From the IMG/VR virus record IMGVR_UViG_3300050821_003843, positions 1 to 64,000 of that record: a stretch of 64,000 bases of DNA. One strand, written 5' to 3'. Both the position numbers and the translations under genes were made by a program. This DNA comes from a virus. The first letter of the stretch is position 1, and every line of letters starts with the position of its first letter. Shown one piece after another: positions 36,726 through 47,647 of this stretch. The notes under the pieces were generated by a model, which ran no database searches, had not been told where the DNA came from, and worked only from the letters and a program-made list of their open reading frames with translations.

Positions 36726-37862
36726 ATGCATCTAAAGTATCCAAACGTAAATGACGCATTCCACGAATTGGTCTACGGAATTCATAATGGACACATTCCA
36801 ACCGTGTCATCACCTAGTAGAGTTGGTGACGTGTTACAAATCCAAGAACCTGTGATTGTCACATATGAAAAGCCGCTAGAGAGGGTGCTGTTCAACCCTG
36901 CACGCGATGTTAATCCATTCCTGAACTTGTATGAAACACTTTGGATGTTGGCTGGCCGTAATGACATTGCACCATTGGAATATTACTCTAAGAACTATGG
37001 TCAGTTCGTGGATGATGGTGATGGAATGCAGAATGCAGCATATGGATATAGGTGGAGACATGCATTACATAAAGAAATGGGAGATCCATGTAGTAAGTGT
37101 GGTGAGAGCGTTCCTTGTCACTGCGACGCACCATATTGTGTAGATCAACTCAAAGTTATTATCGACCATTTACGAAAGATACCAACGTCAAGACGTGTCG
37201 TGCTCCAAATGTGGAACGTAGAAGATGACTTACTCAAGATTGAAACAACAAAAGATGTTGCGTGCAATCTATGTGCGTTGTTCTCGTTGAGACAAGCTAG
37301 TCGAAAAGAAATAGAAGAAGAGGCACATAACGGCTACTATCTCGATATGACGGTCTACAATCGCTCGAATGACTTGACTCTTGGACTTTTGGGGGCGAAC
37401 GTTGTTCACTTCTCATTTCTACAAGAATACATGGCGAATTGCTTAGGCGTTCAGGTGGGGGTGTATAATCAAGTGAGTAACAATCTCCATTGTTACACAT
37501 CACGTTGGGAACCAGATAAGTGGTTAGCAGAAGGTGTGTGTGATGAGTACAGAAACCAACAGTGGAATCATGTACCGTTAGTTAAGGACCAACAGACGTT
37601 TGATAGTGAGTGTCGTAATTTTGTGGCTATGAACTTTTGCGGTGGTGTAATCCACGATAACCGTTGGGAAGAACCATTTTTGCGAACCGTGGCGCAACCG
37701 ATGATGAATGCCTTCCATTATCACAAACATCGCAAATACTGGGAAGCGTTGAATCACGGTGTTGCGAACATTGCTGACGGCGCTTGGCAATTGTGCGCAT
37801 ACAGATGGATTGAGAAACGACGACTGGCTTGGGAAGCGAAAAAGGAGACGAATGATGAGTAG
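36726..37862 (+). CDS. Thymidylate synthase homologue, probable dUMP hydroxymethylase
   Basis: AYGYRWR, SRRVVLQMW, DVACN, NRSND..GANVVHF (Asn at the dUMP-specificity position), NNLHCY; genomic context. Confidence 0.85.
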   Translation: MHLKYPNVNDAFHELVYGIHNGHIPTVSSPSRVGDVLQIQEPVIVTYEKPLERVLFNPARDVNPFLNLYETLWMLAGRNDIAPLEYYSKNYGQFVDDGDGMQNAAYGYRWRHALHKEMGDPCSKCGESVPCHCDAPYCVDQLKVIIDHLRKIPTSRRVVLQMWNVEDDLLKIETTKDVACNLCALFSLRQASRKEIEEEAHNGYYLDMTVYNRSNDLTLGLLGANVVHFSFLQEYMANCLGVQVGVYNQVSNNLHCYTSRWEPDKWLAEGVCDEYRNQQWNHVPLVKDQQTFDSECRNFVAMNFCGGVIHDNRWEEPFLRTVAQPMMNAFHYHKHRKYWEALNHGVANIADGAWQLCAYRWIEKRRLAWEAKKETNDE

Positions 37863-38097
37863 AGAAGTGTTACGCATGGCAACGATGGTGGCGAATCAAC
37901 GATTGAACTGTATCAAACGAGTCAAGGAGTTAAACAATCAACTCGGGTTGTTGCCATCAATGAAGCCAGAAGAGGTTGACAAGTCATTGAGGGAACTTGG
38001 ATTACAGATCCTGAACCTCGATAATCTCCAGTCAGAATACCAGTCAATGAAACTACAAGCGGAGAACAGTGGTGATCTACCAGCCAATACGCACTAA
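37852..38097 (+). CDS. Small coiled-coil protein
   Basis: AGGAG SD; coupled to the TS homologue. Confidence 0.5.
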   Translation: MMSREVLRMATMVANQRLNCIKRVKELNNQLGLLPSMKPEEVDKSLRELGLQILNLDNLQSEYQSMKLQAENSGDLPANTH

Positions 38098-38636
38098 GAC
38101 AGATTTTGTACGGAGGTATTCCTAGCGGAGAATTTGGCAATAGGTCTCCCACATGGAACGGCTGGCTTGATTGGAATAAAGATCATCTAGGTTCTGATAA
38201 GTTTGAATTGTTTCACATTCGAAATCGTGTTGCAGGTGCAATGACTTGGTATGACGTGCCCAAATTCAAAATGGCTGATACGTGGGATATCGCTTGTCAA
38301 CACTTTAGCGTGGAACAGTTGTACATATCTGCTATGTGCCCTACTGAGTTGACACAAATCCAAGGTGAGGTAATGAGAACAGCCAAAGGACTGTATCTCT
38401 ATTACTCAACCGTAAAGAAGCCGATGCGTCAATCATTGTTGGAAGGGGGTCAAGAAGCACTAGGACTATTTGCAGTTTCTTTACTACAATACTACATGGA
38501 TCAAAACAGTTGGGAATGGTTGAATCACTTACTCGATAGTTATGAAGATCATGTCGTAGAGTTTACAACGCTCTCCAAACGGTGGGGCGCAGTCGAAGGA
38601 TATAACACACTATTTTGGGAGGTTAGAAAGTTCTAA
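38072..38636 (+). CDS. Hypothetical protein, probably made via +1 frameshift at 38120-38125
   Basis: GGAG+GTG start, frame stops at TCC-TAG; +1 frame continues SGEFGNRSPTW..WEVRKF; the TTG at 38106 lacks an SD. Confidence 0.6.
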
Positions 38637-39358
38637 TGGATATTAAACAGTACGAAGAAGCCAGCATGCGCACGATGGCAGACCAGAATGTGATTCGTCT
38701 ACGTAATTTTGAAGGCGTAGATAAAAAAGGTAATCCACAATTTGGCGGAAAAAATAGTAGTACAGTTCTGACACAACTCGACAACGCTGCTAGAGGCATG
38801 GCTGGTGATGTGGGTGAGGTCAATACGTGTGTACAACAAGCATTGGAGTATGGTAAACTACTAGACTTGGTGAATTTGAAGGAAGAACTAGGTGATGTGT
38901 TATGGCGAATCGTACAAGCATGTAACGCCGTGGGGTTCACGTTGGAGGAAGTGATGCAAGCGAACATTTCAAAGCTGGCTATAAGATACCCCGACAAGTA
39001 CACGGACCACTTAGCAGATGAGGCAAATCGAAATCGTGAAGCAGAACGACAAGCAATCACGGTTCCACAACTAGGCGAACCTTATCCAGTTGGTCATACG
39101 AATGACGGTGGAGTGATTGTAGAACCAATGTCACCAACCAGAACAGTAATGTCTCAAACTGGACAAGGTTGGGCAGAACCAAAAGAACAACGTGATACGG
39201 GACCGGGTCGATTGGATCAAGAACTAGAATACCCAGTTTCCAATGCATTTGTGTCTGCTGCTGATGCCCCTGTTCGTAGATGTCGAAAGTGCGGGTTGAA
39301 GATCCATCGTAATCAACCAAGTGATATCTGTTCAAGTTGCTTCAAACCTACAACGTGA
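38636..39358 (+). CDS. MazG-like nucleotide pyrophosphohydrolase
   Basis: GMAGDVGEV, KEELGDVLW, ANISKLAIRYP; C-terminal CxxC..CxxC. Confidence 0.85.
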   Translation: MDIKQYEEASMRTMADQNVIRLRNFEGVDKKGNPQFGGKNSSTVLTQLDNAARGMAGDVGEVNTCVQQALEYGKLLDLVNLKEELGDVLWRIVQACNAVGFTLEEVMQANISKLAIRYPDKYTDHLADEANRNREAERQAITVPQLGEPYPVGHTNDGGVIVEPMSPTRTVMSQTGQGWAEPKEQRDTGPGRLDQELEYPVSNAFVSAADAPVRRCRKCGLKIHRNQPSDICSSCFKPTT

Positions 39359-39398
39359 GGATAGTTGATGACTTATCAAGTATTAGTTAGGATGAGTA

Positions 39399-41678
39399 AT
39401 GCCTAAAGCGATTGAACGTGACACACTTCCAGCGGGGTTGAAGCCCTTTCGGTTCCACGGTCTTGATTTGAGTTATAAGGATGGTGATAAAAATGCAACG
39501 TGTCTGTGCCCATTTTGTGGTAAGGAAGGGAAGTTCACAATCCTTGCTGAGACGAGTCAATGGAGGTGTTTCAGTTGTAATGAGGGATTTGAGAAGAAGG
39601 ACAACAATGGCCATGCGAAGTCGATCAAGGGTGGTAATGCTACGGAATTTCTACGTCTGTTGTGGAAATACTGTGATGCAGAACCTTGTGACTACACCGA
39701 ATTGGTAAAGGATCGCACATTACTCAGCCCAGTGATGTTGGTGCGTTGGGAGGTAGTCAAGTCATTTCTAACGGGTGAGTGGCTGATGCCCGCGTATAAC
39801 ATCAAGGGAGAACTGATCCAACTCTATCGTTACGTGAATTGTAAAAACCCCAAAACAGGTGAGTGGAAACGTAAGTTGATTCCCACACCCGAAGTGGGTG
39901 GTCATGGATTATTCGGGATGAGTGGATTCGACAGTAAGCGACCGATCATTGATGTGTTCGAATCATGGAACGGTGTGGTCTATGAGGAAGTGATTAGTCA
40001 GATTGGTATGAATGCTGAGACTGAGAAGTGGGAGGAGGTTGGTAAGTTCAAGGATTCGTTGGGGGCTGAACGAAATGTGATTGGCTTACCCGGTTGCGCT
40101 ACGTTCGATTCGAAGTGGATGCCATTGTTTAAAGATCGTGTGGTCAACTTTTGGTTCGATAACGATCATCCCCAAGTGAATGAGCGAAATGGGCAATCAA
40201 CAACGGGGGCGGGCTGGCTGTATTCGTGTCGTAATTCCAGCACACTTTTGAAGGTGGCGAAATCGGTACAGGTGTTAAAGTGGGGTGAGCAAGGTTTCGA
40301 CCCCGAATTGACTTCGGGTTACGACGTTAGGGACGCTCTGAAGGCCCATAAATCGCTTTTGGGGCGTTCGGCGGCATTATTTGACCTAAAGGTCAAGTTA
40401 CAAACCGTGGCCGCTAACGAGGTCGTATCGAGCGCAAATTCGGCAGCGGGGGATGTGAATACCAAGCTACGACCGAAAACGTGTACCGACTTCAAAACAC
40501 TGGTCAATTCGTGGAAGAAGCCGATGCGCTGGCGACAGGAGATGGAGGACGCTTTAGCGATCTGTCTAGCGGTGGGTTTGTCAACGGAACAGGTAGGGGA
40601 CCAGTTGTTTCTGATGCTGATCGCTGACGCCGGGAGTGGAAAAACTTGTTTCTGTGATGCGTTACTTGTGGCGGAAAATAGTTACCCGGTTGAGAACGTG
40701 ACAGGCTTGTATTCTGGCTGGCAGGGTGGTGGCTTCAGCCCATTGGAACGTATGAATCGTAAAATGTGGATTACAGCAGAGGGGGACACGGTTGTACAAC
40801 ATCCCGCATTTCCTCAATTCATGTCACAAATTCGACGCGCATTCGATGGAAAGGGCCATGCCACATTCAAGAACTCGAAAGAGGATCAGTTATTCGATGG
40901 TCTTAGATTTACGTGGTTGCTGGCTGGTACACCAACAATGATTGACCTGATGAACAATCAAGCCTCATTGGGAGACCGGTTCCTCAAATTCTTTATCGGA
41001 CAACCGGACGACGATGAGCGTCGACAGATACTCATGAGATCGGCTTACTCAGCAAAGCGGGCAGTACAAATCAAGTCGGGTGATGATGCAGAACATCAAC
41101 TCGATCCAGCGTTGTGCGAGGCGTACCAGTTGACGGGAGGTTATCTCAATTGGCTTAGATCAAATACTGATCTACTCGCCAAAGTTGAAATGGATGATGA
41201 GCGATTGATGCAATGCGCTGACTTGGGAGAGTTCACGGCTTGCTTACGCGCTCGACCGGGTAAGACGAAAACCGATGAAGCCCACGATGCGAAGGAAATG
41301 CCCACACGTCTAACAAAACAATTTGTACGGGTGGCGATGTGCCTTGCTGTGGTGTGCAATCGAGGGTCAGTCGATCAGCATATAATGGACCTAGTGCGAA
41401 AGTTGACACTCGATACGTCAATGGGGGTCACACTACAGATCGTGAAGCAACTCTATGCAAAAGGGAATGAGGGGTTGTCATACGGGGCACTGGCGCAACT
41501 GGTGAGTATGACGAATGACAAAGTCAAATCCATGTTACGGTTTTTACACAAACTGAAAATCGTGGCATGGTACGAACCGATTGATGAGGAAACACAAAAG
41601 AAGTTACCTCACAAATGGCGAGTGACGAAACACATGGCGGAACTTTACAAATCTGTGATTGTTGATTGGGGACAATAA
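39399..41678 (+). CDS. Primase-helicase (Zn finger, TOPRIM-like, P-loop)
   Basis: CPFC..CFSC; FESW..FDND..GYDVRD; ADAGSGKT; LGDRFL. Confidence 0.8.
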   Translation: MPKAIERDTLPAGLKPFRFHGLDLSYKDGDKNATCLCPFCGKEGKFTILAETSQWRCFSCNEGFEKKDNNGHAKSIKGGNATEFLRLLWKYCDAEPCDYTELVKDRTLLSPVMLVRWEVVKSFLTGEWLMPAYNIKGELIQLYRYVNCKNPKTGEWKRKLIPTPEVGGHGLFGMSGFDSKRPIIDVFESWNGVVYEEVISQIGMNAETEKWEEVGKFKDSLGAERNVIGLPGCATFDSKWMPLFKDRVVNFWFDNDHPQVNERNGQSTTGAGWLYSCRNSSTLLKVAKSVQVLKWGEQGFDPELTSGYDVRDALKAHKSLLGRSAALFDLKVKLQTVAANEVVSSANSAAGDVNTKLRPKTCTDFKTLVNSWKKPMRWRQEMEDALAICLAVGLSTEQVGDQLFLMLIADAGSGKTCFCDALLVAENSYPVENVTGLYSGWQGGGFSPLERMNRKMWITAEGDTVVQHPAFPQFMSQIRRAFDGKGHATFKNSKEDQLFDGLRFTWLLAGTPTMIDLMNNQASLGDRFLKFFIGQPDDDERRQILMRSAYSAKRAVQIKSGDDAEHQLDPALCEAYQLTGGYLNWLRSNTDLLAKVEMDDERLMQCADLGEFTACLRARPGKTKTDEAHDAKEMPTRLTKQFVRVAMCLAVVCNRGSVDQHIMDLVRKLTLDTSMGVTLQIVKQLYAKGNEGLSYGALAQLVSMTNDKVKSMLRFLHKLKIVAWYEPIDEETQKKLPHKWRVTKHMAELYKSVIVDWGQ

Positions 41679-41885
41679 TGCAATCTGTAGTAAACTCACT
41701 GAACGAAGAAGACGTAGTGGTGGACATTAGGCTCATCGCACAGTCGGAAGAGGAAGCTGATCTGTTGCATGAGTTCCATCGGCTGTTTAGCACGCTGGAT
41801 GAGAATAAGACGCTGTTGGTCAACGTATGTGATGGTGTGGTGTCATTTGTAGATTATGCGGATGTCGAGTTTGACAACGGAGGCG

Positions 41886-42095
41886 ATGATGCCTCTACCT
41901 GACCTGACACCGAAAGACAGTGACCCATTTCCATTTGGTCAGTACAAGAGCAAGCGTTACGATCAAGTACCAGCCCAGTATCTTGATTACCTGTTGGGTA
42001 TGGAATGGATTGATTCGTGGCCTAGGGTCAAGATGTATATCAAAAAGAACAAGTCAGTGATTGATACTGAACTGAAGGAACAAGAAGATGAGTGA
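41886..42095 (+). CDS. DUF3820-like small protein
   Basis: FPFGQYK...VPAQYLDYL. Confidence 0.65.
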   Translation: MMPLPDLTPKDSDPFPFGQYKSKRYDQVPAQYLDYLLGMEWIDSWPRVKMYIKKNKSVIDTELKEQEDE

Positions 42096-42270
42096 AGGCG
42101 GTAAGAACAATGACATTCCAGCAACTGAGATTGTTACGAATCCAAAAGAGGCAATTGATCTGTTGAGATGAATGCTCGAAAGTCGTAATGCAAGTCGACG
42201 CGCAGTCGAGCGGGCGATTGATGTATTGGATGACTACATCAAATCTGATAAAGTTGTTTGGAGAGAATAA
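42088..42270 (+). pseudogene. Small ORF split by an in-frame TGA
   Basis: AAGGA SD; MSEG..DLLR-TGA(42169)-MLES..WRE in one frame. Confidence 0.35.
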
Positions 42271-42491
42271 TGGTTGGAGCCAGACCGAAACTGTTGTGGG
42301 AAGTGGATCTACACAAACGAATCATAGCTGCGTTGAAGTTAGGACCGTTGAGTGTGATGCAACTGGTGAAGCGTGTAGGGATGACCTATTCAACGATTCA
42401 AAGGATATTGGCGAGTCATCCGGATCAGTTTGAAATCAAGGTCGAAAGAACGGCCGGTAGGGAAGGGGCGAAATGGGGATTAAAGAATTAG
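42270..42491 (+). CDS. Winged-helix protein
   Basis: IIAALKLGPLSVMQLVKRVGMTYSTIQRIL. Confidence 0.55.
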   Translation: MVGARPKLLWEVDLHKRIIAALKLGPLSVMQLVKRVGMTYSTIQRILASHPDQFEIKVERTAGREGAKWGLKN

Positions 42492-42631
42492 GATTCTCTA
42501 ATACAATACAAGATAACCCTATGGGTTATAGGGGGGTGGGATTATCGCGCCTTCTGTATAATGTATGTTTGCATCCCTGTATAGGATGGTTTCATTTTTA
42601 TTTTCACATTTTTTGAAAGTGACGTGTTTTT

Positions 42632-43947
42632 ATGGGTAAACCAATTGTGAAGAAAGTGGTGAAAAAGGCATCCACACCGAAAAAGGTGAAAGAACCTGTA
42701 ATGGAGGTTGGCTCACTCGTGCGGGTGGTGACGGTGTATCGAGTCAAGCGTATGCCATCTCACGCTAACGGAGAACACTTGGCAACACTGATCGCTGTTG
42801 AGGATCAAAGGTTGGATCGTGTGATCCACTTTCGTCGTGAAGAATTAGAACTTGTAAAGGTTGACGAATGACACCAGAACAGACAAAAACCTACTTGGAA
42901 TGGATTGATCGTAATCGTCATGTGATGGAAGGACATGTTGCGGGTAAAAAAGTAATACCGATACAGAAATCAAATGTAGGACTAAGATTTAATCCACATC
43001 CTGACTGCCCACAATGGAGTACATTGTGTGATTACAAAATAGAAGAATCACAACTACGGCCATTCGAGTATGATGAACTCCATAAATATGTTGGTTCATG
43101 TGTACTGAAGAATGATGGTACGCTGGAAAGGTATTTGATTCGTCATACGTTTACCACCGTATGTGACTCACCGGGAGGGTATGGGGTGGCATTAGAACGG
43201 AATGGTCTTACTTCCTCATTGGAATTACTTGCTGACTATTGTTTCGTGGATGGATCACCTTGTGGAGTAGTGGGATGAACTACAGAACTCGACGTATGTT
43301 AGATGATACACTGGAGGGAATTAAGATGGTTGGATTTGGTGTATTGATCGCTAACATGTCCTGTCTTGTGTTAGGGCTTCTGTTCTTAGAGGTGTGGGGT
43401 ATCTCTATCTTGTGGAATTGGTTTGTTGGGAGTAGTCAATGATGAAACTAAAATCAATCGAGGAAGAATGGAATGATTTTACGTCTAAGGTGTTTGATGG
43501 TACGCAGTCTGAGATTCAGGTTGTGGAAATGAAACGTGCATTCTTCGCTGGCGCAACAGCGTTGATGTGTAATGTGATAGATATTGGTGAAGATGATTCA
43601 ATGTCTGAAGAGGATAGTGTCAAGTATCTTGAGAGTGTGAATAATGAATTGGGAAAGTTTTGGAACGTTATTTCTGATGGAATTAGAGAGGGTGTGTGAT
43701 GCTGAAAAAAGAAGAGATTTCTGACCCGAATAGTTGTCTGAATCGGGCACTTGACGAAGAGGGTGTGTTTACATTATTAGAACGAGATAAGGCAGCACCT
43801 GATACGATCCGTTACTGGTGTCGTAAAAGGATTGAATTAGGAGAATCAACCTCTGAAAGTCCTGAGATTAAAAGCGCTCTACGTGATGCAGCACAAATGG
43901 AAAGTAGCCGTGACCTGATTCGACAGAAGTTAGGGAAGATGTCTTAG
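42632..43947 (+). other. Cluster of five small hypothetical ORFs
   Basis: Coupled ORFs starting near 42632, 42868, 43275, 43439 and 43696, after an AT-rich region with TATAAT at 42557. Confidence 0.55.
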
Positions 43948-44046
43948 AAAGGTTTTGAAACTTGAGAGGTATTTACAATGGGGTGATGTGGCGTTATGGT
44001 GTTCTGTTGTGTTGTTCCTATGATGATGTAAGAGAAGGCGTCTAAA

Positions 44047-44631
44047 GTGGGAAATAAAGAACTTGCTATTCGTCCATTAACTGCTAGACAGAAAGCATTT
44101 GTTAGAGAGTATGTGCTTCTGAATGATGGAACGAAAGCAGCGATTAAAGCAGGGTACTCTAAAGGTCGTGCAAGTGATGAGGCTAGAGAGCTCTTACAAC
44201 ACCCTGCAATCAAGCGTGAACTCGGTAAAGCACGAGCACATCTAGCTAAACAGTATAAGTCTCAATTGGACTTGGCAATTGGCAGACTTGTGAGTTGTAT
44301 CACTCGTGTGGGTAGTGATTATGTGGATGAACAAGGGCGTCCCATACCTCTCCATCAACTCTCACAACGCGCTAATGAAGCAGTCGATGGGATTGAGGTA
44401 ACTCAGTTTGAGGATAAGGCCGGTAACGTCCACACCAAGACCAAACTGAAGTTGATGCCTTTATCCTCAGGACTGGATATGGCATTCAAGATTCAAGGCA
44501 GTTATGCGCCTGACAAACATCAAGTCGTGACAGCGAATGTGGACTTGAGTGATTTGTACGACAGACCTGAGAATGTGTTGGATGAGGATGTGATTGAACT
44601 CGAACCTGAAAGTGACACACAAGATGAATGA
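44047..44631 (+). CDS. terS: Terminase small subunit
   Basis: LTARQKAFVREY..GTKAAIKAGYS..A.ELLQHPAI. Confidence 0.88.
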   Translation: MGNKELAIRPLTARQKAFVREYVLLNDGTKAAIKAGYSKGRASDEARELLQHPAIKRELGKARAHLAKQYKSQLDLAIGRLVSCITRVGSDYVDEQGRPIPLHQLSQRANEAVDGIEVTQFEDKAGNVHTKTKLKLMPLSSGLDMAFKIQGSYAPDKHQVVTANVDLSDLYDRPENVLDEDVIELEPESDTQDE

Positions 44632-46067
44632 CCTCATTGGGCTGCTACTATGTAGTATGCTGATTGTAGTCTCAATACTCGCGTTACAGGCTGCAAACAG
44701 GCGAGTCAGGTACTTTCGACTGTACACACAAGCAGACCCCGTACGCCTCATCGTGAACGCTGTAGGCGATGTGAGTTGTGAGGGTCTGCACTTTCACAAT
44801 ATGAAGCTACAGCAGATTGATTGGGATCGTGTGTTAGATGAGAGTAATCCATTTATGATCCAACCCGGAATGGAACTGACTGCGAAATGGGTGAGTTGTC
44901 AAACGTTGATGGCGGTCAGCGTGATTAGAAATCACAGTATTCCAATGGTATTGTCGTTAGAAGAGTTTTAAGAAAGTGACACAGATGAGTAAGCAGCCAC
45001 ATAAACAAGACTATCCGGGTGAAAACTGTTGTGGAGATTGTGGTTCTCCACTGAGTGAAGTAGATGAAAATCCAGTACTCGATTATCCAATGGGTCCGGG
45101 CTGGTACTGGTATCAACACCCTGACACAGTAGAGGATAATGATAAGGGTCCACAAAAGGTTGACCCCACGATGATGGAAATTGTATGTCGTGGTACGGAA
45201 TTCTTGGGTATGTGGCAAGGGAACCTAGTACCTCTAACGGCAATGACTGGTAAATGGCAGCGGGCTAAGTTGTCAGCGTTTCATGGGGGTGAGTGATGAA
45301 GATAATTAGAAAAGGGACACCACCTTCTGAGACTCTATGGGTCGGTACTTGTCAATCATGTAACTCTGAAGCAGAGGCTAATCAATCTGAGCTTAAGAAC
45401 ATAGAGCACGATCAGAGAGAGGGATATTCGTTTTGTTGGATGACATGCCCAGTGTGTGGCGCTGGAGGTATGTGTCAAGGAATGTTGTTTTACCCCAAAA
45501 AGTGTGATAATCCATGAGTTCTAAAATCCCACAAGCCCCTCCTTGTCGTCAATGTGGTAAAGTTCCTCATATGAGAATGGAACGTGGGTCATGGATGCCG
45601 TATGGTTGTAACTGTACAGGCACGAATAGACCCGATTGTGATACATCTTATGAAGAGTATCCACAAATTGACTTCACACACAGTATCAACGAAGACAATG
45701 AGATTGAGTACGATCCAAATAGGCGTTTGACATTTGTTGACGGTCTCATAGCTGGCTTCTTGATTGGGTTTGTCGTTGGACTATTGGTGGTGATGAAATG
45801 AGTAAACGGACTGACCACATTAACCATCTTGCCGACTTGCTCAGAGAAGACTTTAAGCGATGGGTAACAACACTACCACTTGAGTCAGTTAGGATTGTTC
45901 ATGAGCGTTTAGAACGAATGACAGATGAAGACACATTGGATGACGTGTACACAGAACTCCATCTGAAGATCACTGGCACGATTCCACAATTCATACAGAC
46001 AGTGGATGCTGCGATTGCACAGTCTGAAGCCGCACAAAGTAGAACTGTTAAGGAACGACTAAATTGA
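44624..46067 (+). other. Small hypothetical ORFs inserted between terS and terL
   Basis: Coupled ORFs at 44624, 44985, 45293, 45514 and 45798; some with CxxC pairs or hydrophobic segments. Confidence 0.55.
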
Positions 46068-47647
46068 TAACAGTCAAACGTGAGGGGATTATTGACCCCT
46101 TGAAGTTCCAACAAAAGTTCTGGCCTGATATCACATTCTATGATAAGCAGCGACAGATAATCTACTCGACAATTGAGAATGATGAAACGGTATCACCCGC
46201 GGCAAATGTTGCGGGGAAGGATTTTGTCTCTGCCTTCGTTGCTCTCTACTTTTTCTGTTCTCGTGACCCTGTTCGTGTGGTCACAACCTCTGTAAAGGAC
46301 GATCATCTTCGAGTGTTGTGGGGCGAGATCATGAATCTTGTCTCTAGTTCGAAGTACCCCATGAGGTCAAGTGAGGGAGGCAACCTTGTCTGTAATCATC
46401 ATGAAATAAAGAAGATAGTACGTGGTAAGTTGTCAGAAAAGTCGTACATGATCGGCATGGTGGCTGCTGAAGGCGCAGCGCTCCAAGGTCATCACTTACC
46501 GCGGGGGAAGAACTTTGCGCCTCACACGTTGTTCGTTGTGGATGAGGCGAGTGGCGTCCCTGACTTGTACTATGAGATGGCGTCGACATGGTTCCATCGT
46601 GCTCTCATCATTGGAAACCCTTGGGCTTGTAACAACTTTTTCTATAAAGCCGTGAAGGGTCGACCGGGCACAGAAGACCGCGGGGGAGACATTCCACGAC
46701 CAGACGGCAACGGGTACTATCGCAAGATCATTCAGATCAAAGGCACTGACAGCCCCAATGTGCGCTATGGTTTATTGGAACTTGCCGCGGGTAGAGTACC
46801 CACAAACAAGATCATTACTCCAGGAGTTCTACCGTACTCGGAGTATGTGAAACGGCGTATGTTGTGGGATAAGGTGAAACAAACGGTATCCATTGACGGT
46901 GAATTCTATGAAGGTGCTGAGACAATGATGTTTCCACCTGAATGGCTGGCAAGGGCTGAAAAGATTGCAGCAGAGTTTGTTCCTTATACAACTCGAACAG
47001 GTAGAGCTATTGGTTGTGACCCCGCAGAGGGTGGAGATAGTTCGTGCTGGTCAGTCGTGGATGGTCATGGATTGATTAAACTCATCTCATTGAAAACACC
47101 TGACACGAACCTGATCCCTTATGAGACAATTCGACTGATGAAACTCTATAAGGTGGACGCTAAAAATGTGTGGTTCGACCGCGGGGGTGGTGGTAAACAA
47201 CATGTCGATCGGCTGCGTTCAATGGGTCATGAGGTACGAACTGTGGCTTTTGGTGAACCGGCATCAGAGGCAGATTTGTTCAAACGCTATAAGAGGATGT
47301 CAGAGAAGCGTGAAGAAAAGGAAGATCGTACTGTTTACAAGAACCGTAGGGCCGAGATGTATGGTATTATACGTGAACTGATTGATCCATCGAATGAACC
47401 CGGCTTTGGGCTACCCGGCGAGTATCATGAATTGAGGCGACAACTAGCACCAATTCCATTACGTTATGGACGAGAGGGTCAAATGTATCTATTACCAAAA
47501 CACAAGGAAAAGAGCGATTCAACTGAAGAATGTCTGTATGACTTACTCGGTTGTTCACCAGACGAAGCAGATTCGTTAGCGTTGGCCGTGTTTGGTTTGA
47601 TGATGAGTGACCGACCACAAATCACAGTAGGAGCAGTTGATGTCTAG
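46064..47647 (+). CDS. terL: Terminase large subunit
   Basis: AANVAGKD Walker A variant, VVDEASG, IGNP, GCDPAEGGD, NRRAEMY, SPDEADS. Confidence 0.92.
   Translation: MITVKREGIIDPLKFQQKFWPDITFYDKQRQIIYSTIENDETVSPAANVAGKDFVSAFVALYFFCSRDPVRVVTTSVKDDHLRVLWGEIMNLVSSSKYPMRSSEGGNLVCNHHEIKKIVRGKLSEKSYMIGMVAAEGAALQGHHLPRGKNFAPHTLFVVDEASGVPDLYYEMASTWFHRALIIGNPWACNNFFYKAVKGRPGTEDRGGDIPRPDGNGYYRKIIQIKGTDSPNVRYGLLELAAGRVPTNKIITPGVLPYSEYVKRRMLWDKVKQTVSIDGEFYEGAETMMFPPEWLARAEKIAAEFVPYTTRTGRAIGCDPAEGGDSSCWSVVDGHGLIKLISLKTPDTNLIPYETIRLMKLYKVDAKNVWFDRGGGGKQHVDRLRSMGHEVRTVAFGEPASEADLFKRYKRMSEKREEKEDRTVYKNRRAEMYGIIRELIDPSNEPGFGLPGEYHELRRQLAPIPLRYGREGQMYLLPKHKEKSDSTEECLYDLLGCSPDEADSLALAVFGLMMSDRPQITVGAVDV

Noticed and set aside
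36726-37862. Ordinary thyA or dCMP hydroxymethylase
   Set aside because: Asn at the specificity position argues against dCMP, and the kinase/transferase context favours a dUMP hydroxymethylase; activity is untested, so no gene symbol is given
27695-47647. Introns or inteins in polymerase, helicase or terminase
   Set aside because: Reading frames are continuous, of normal length, and lack intein or homing-endonuclease motifs
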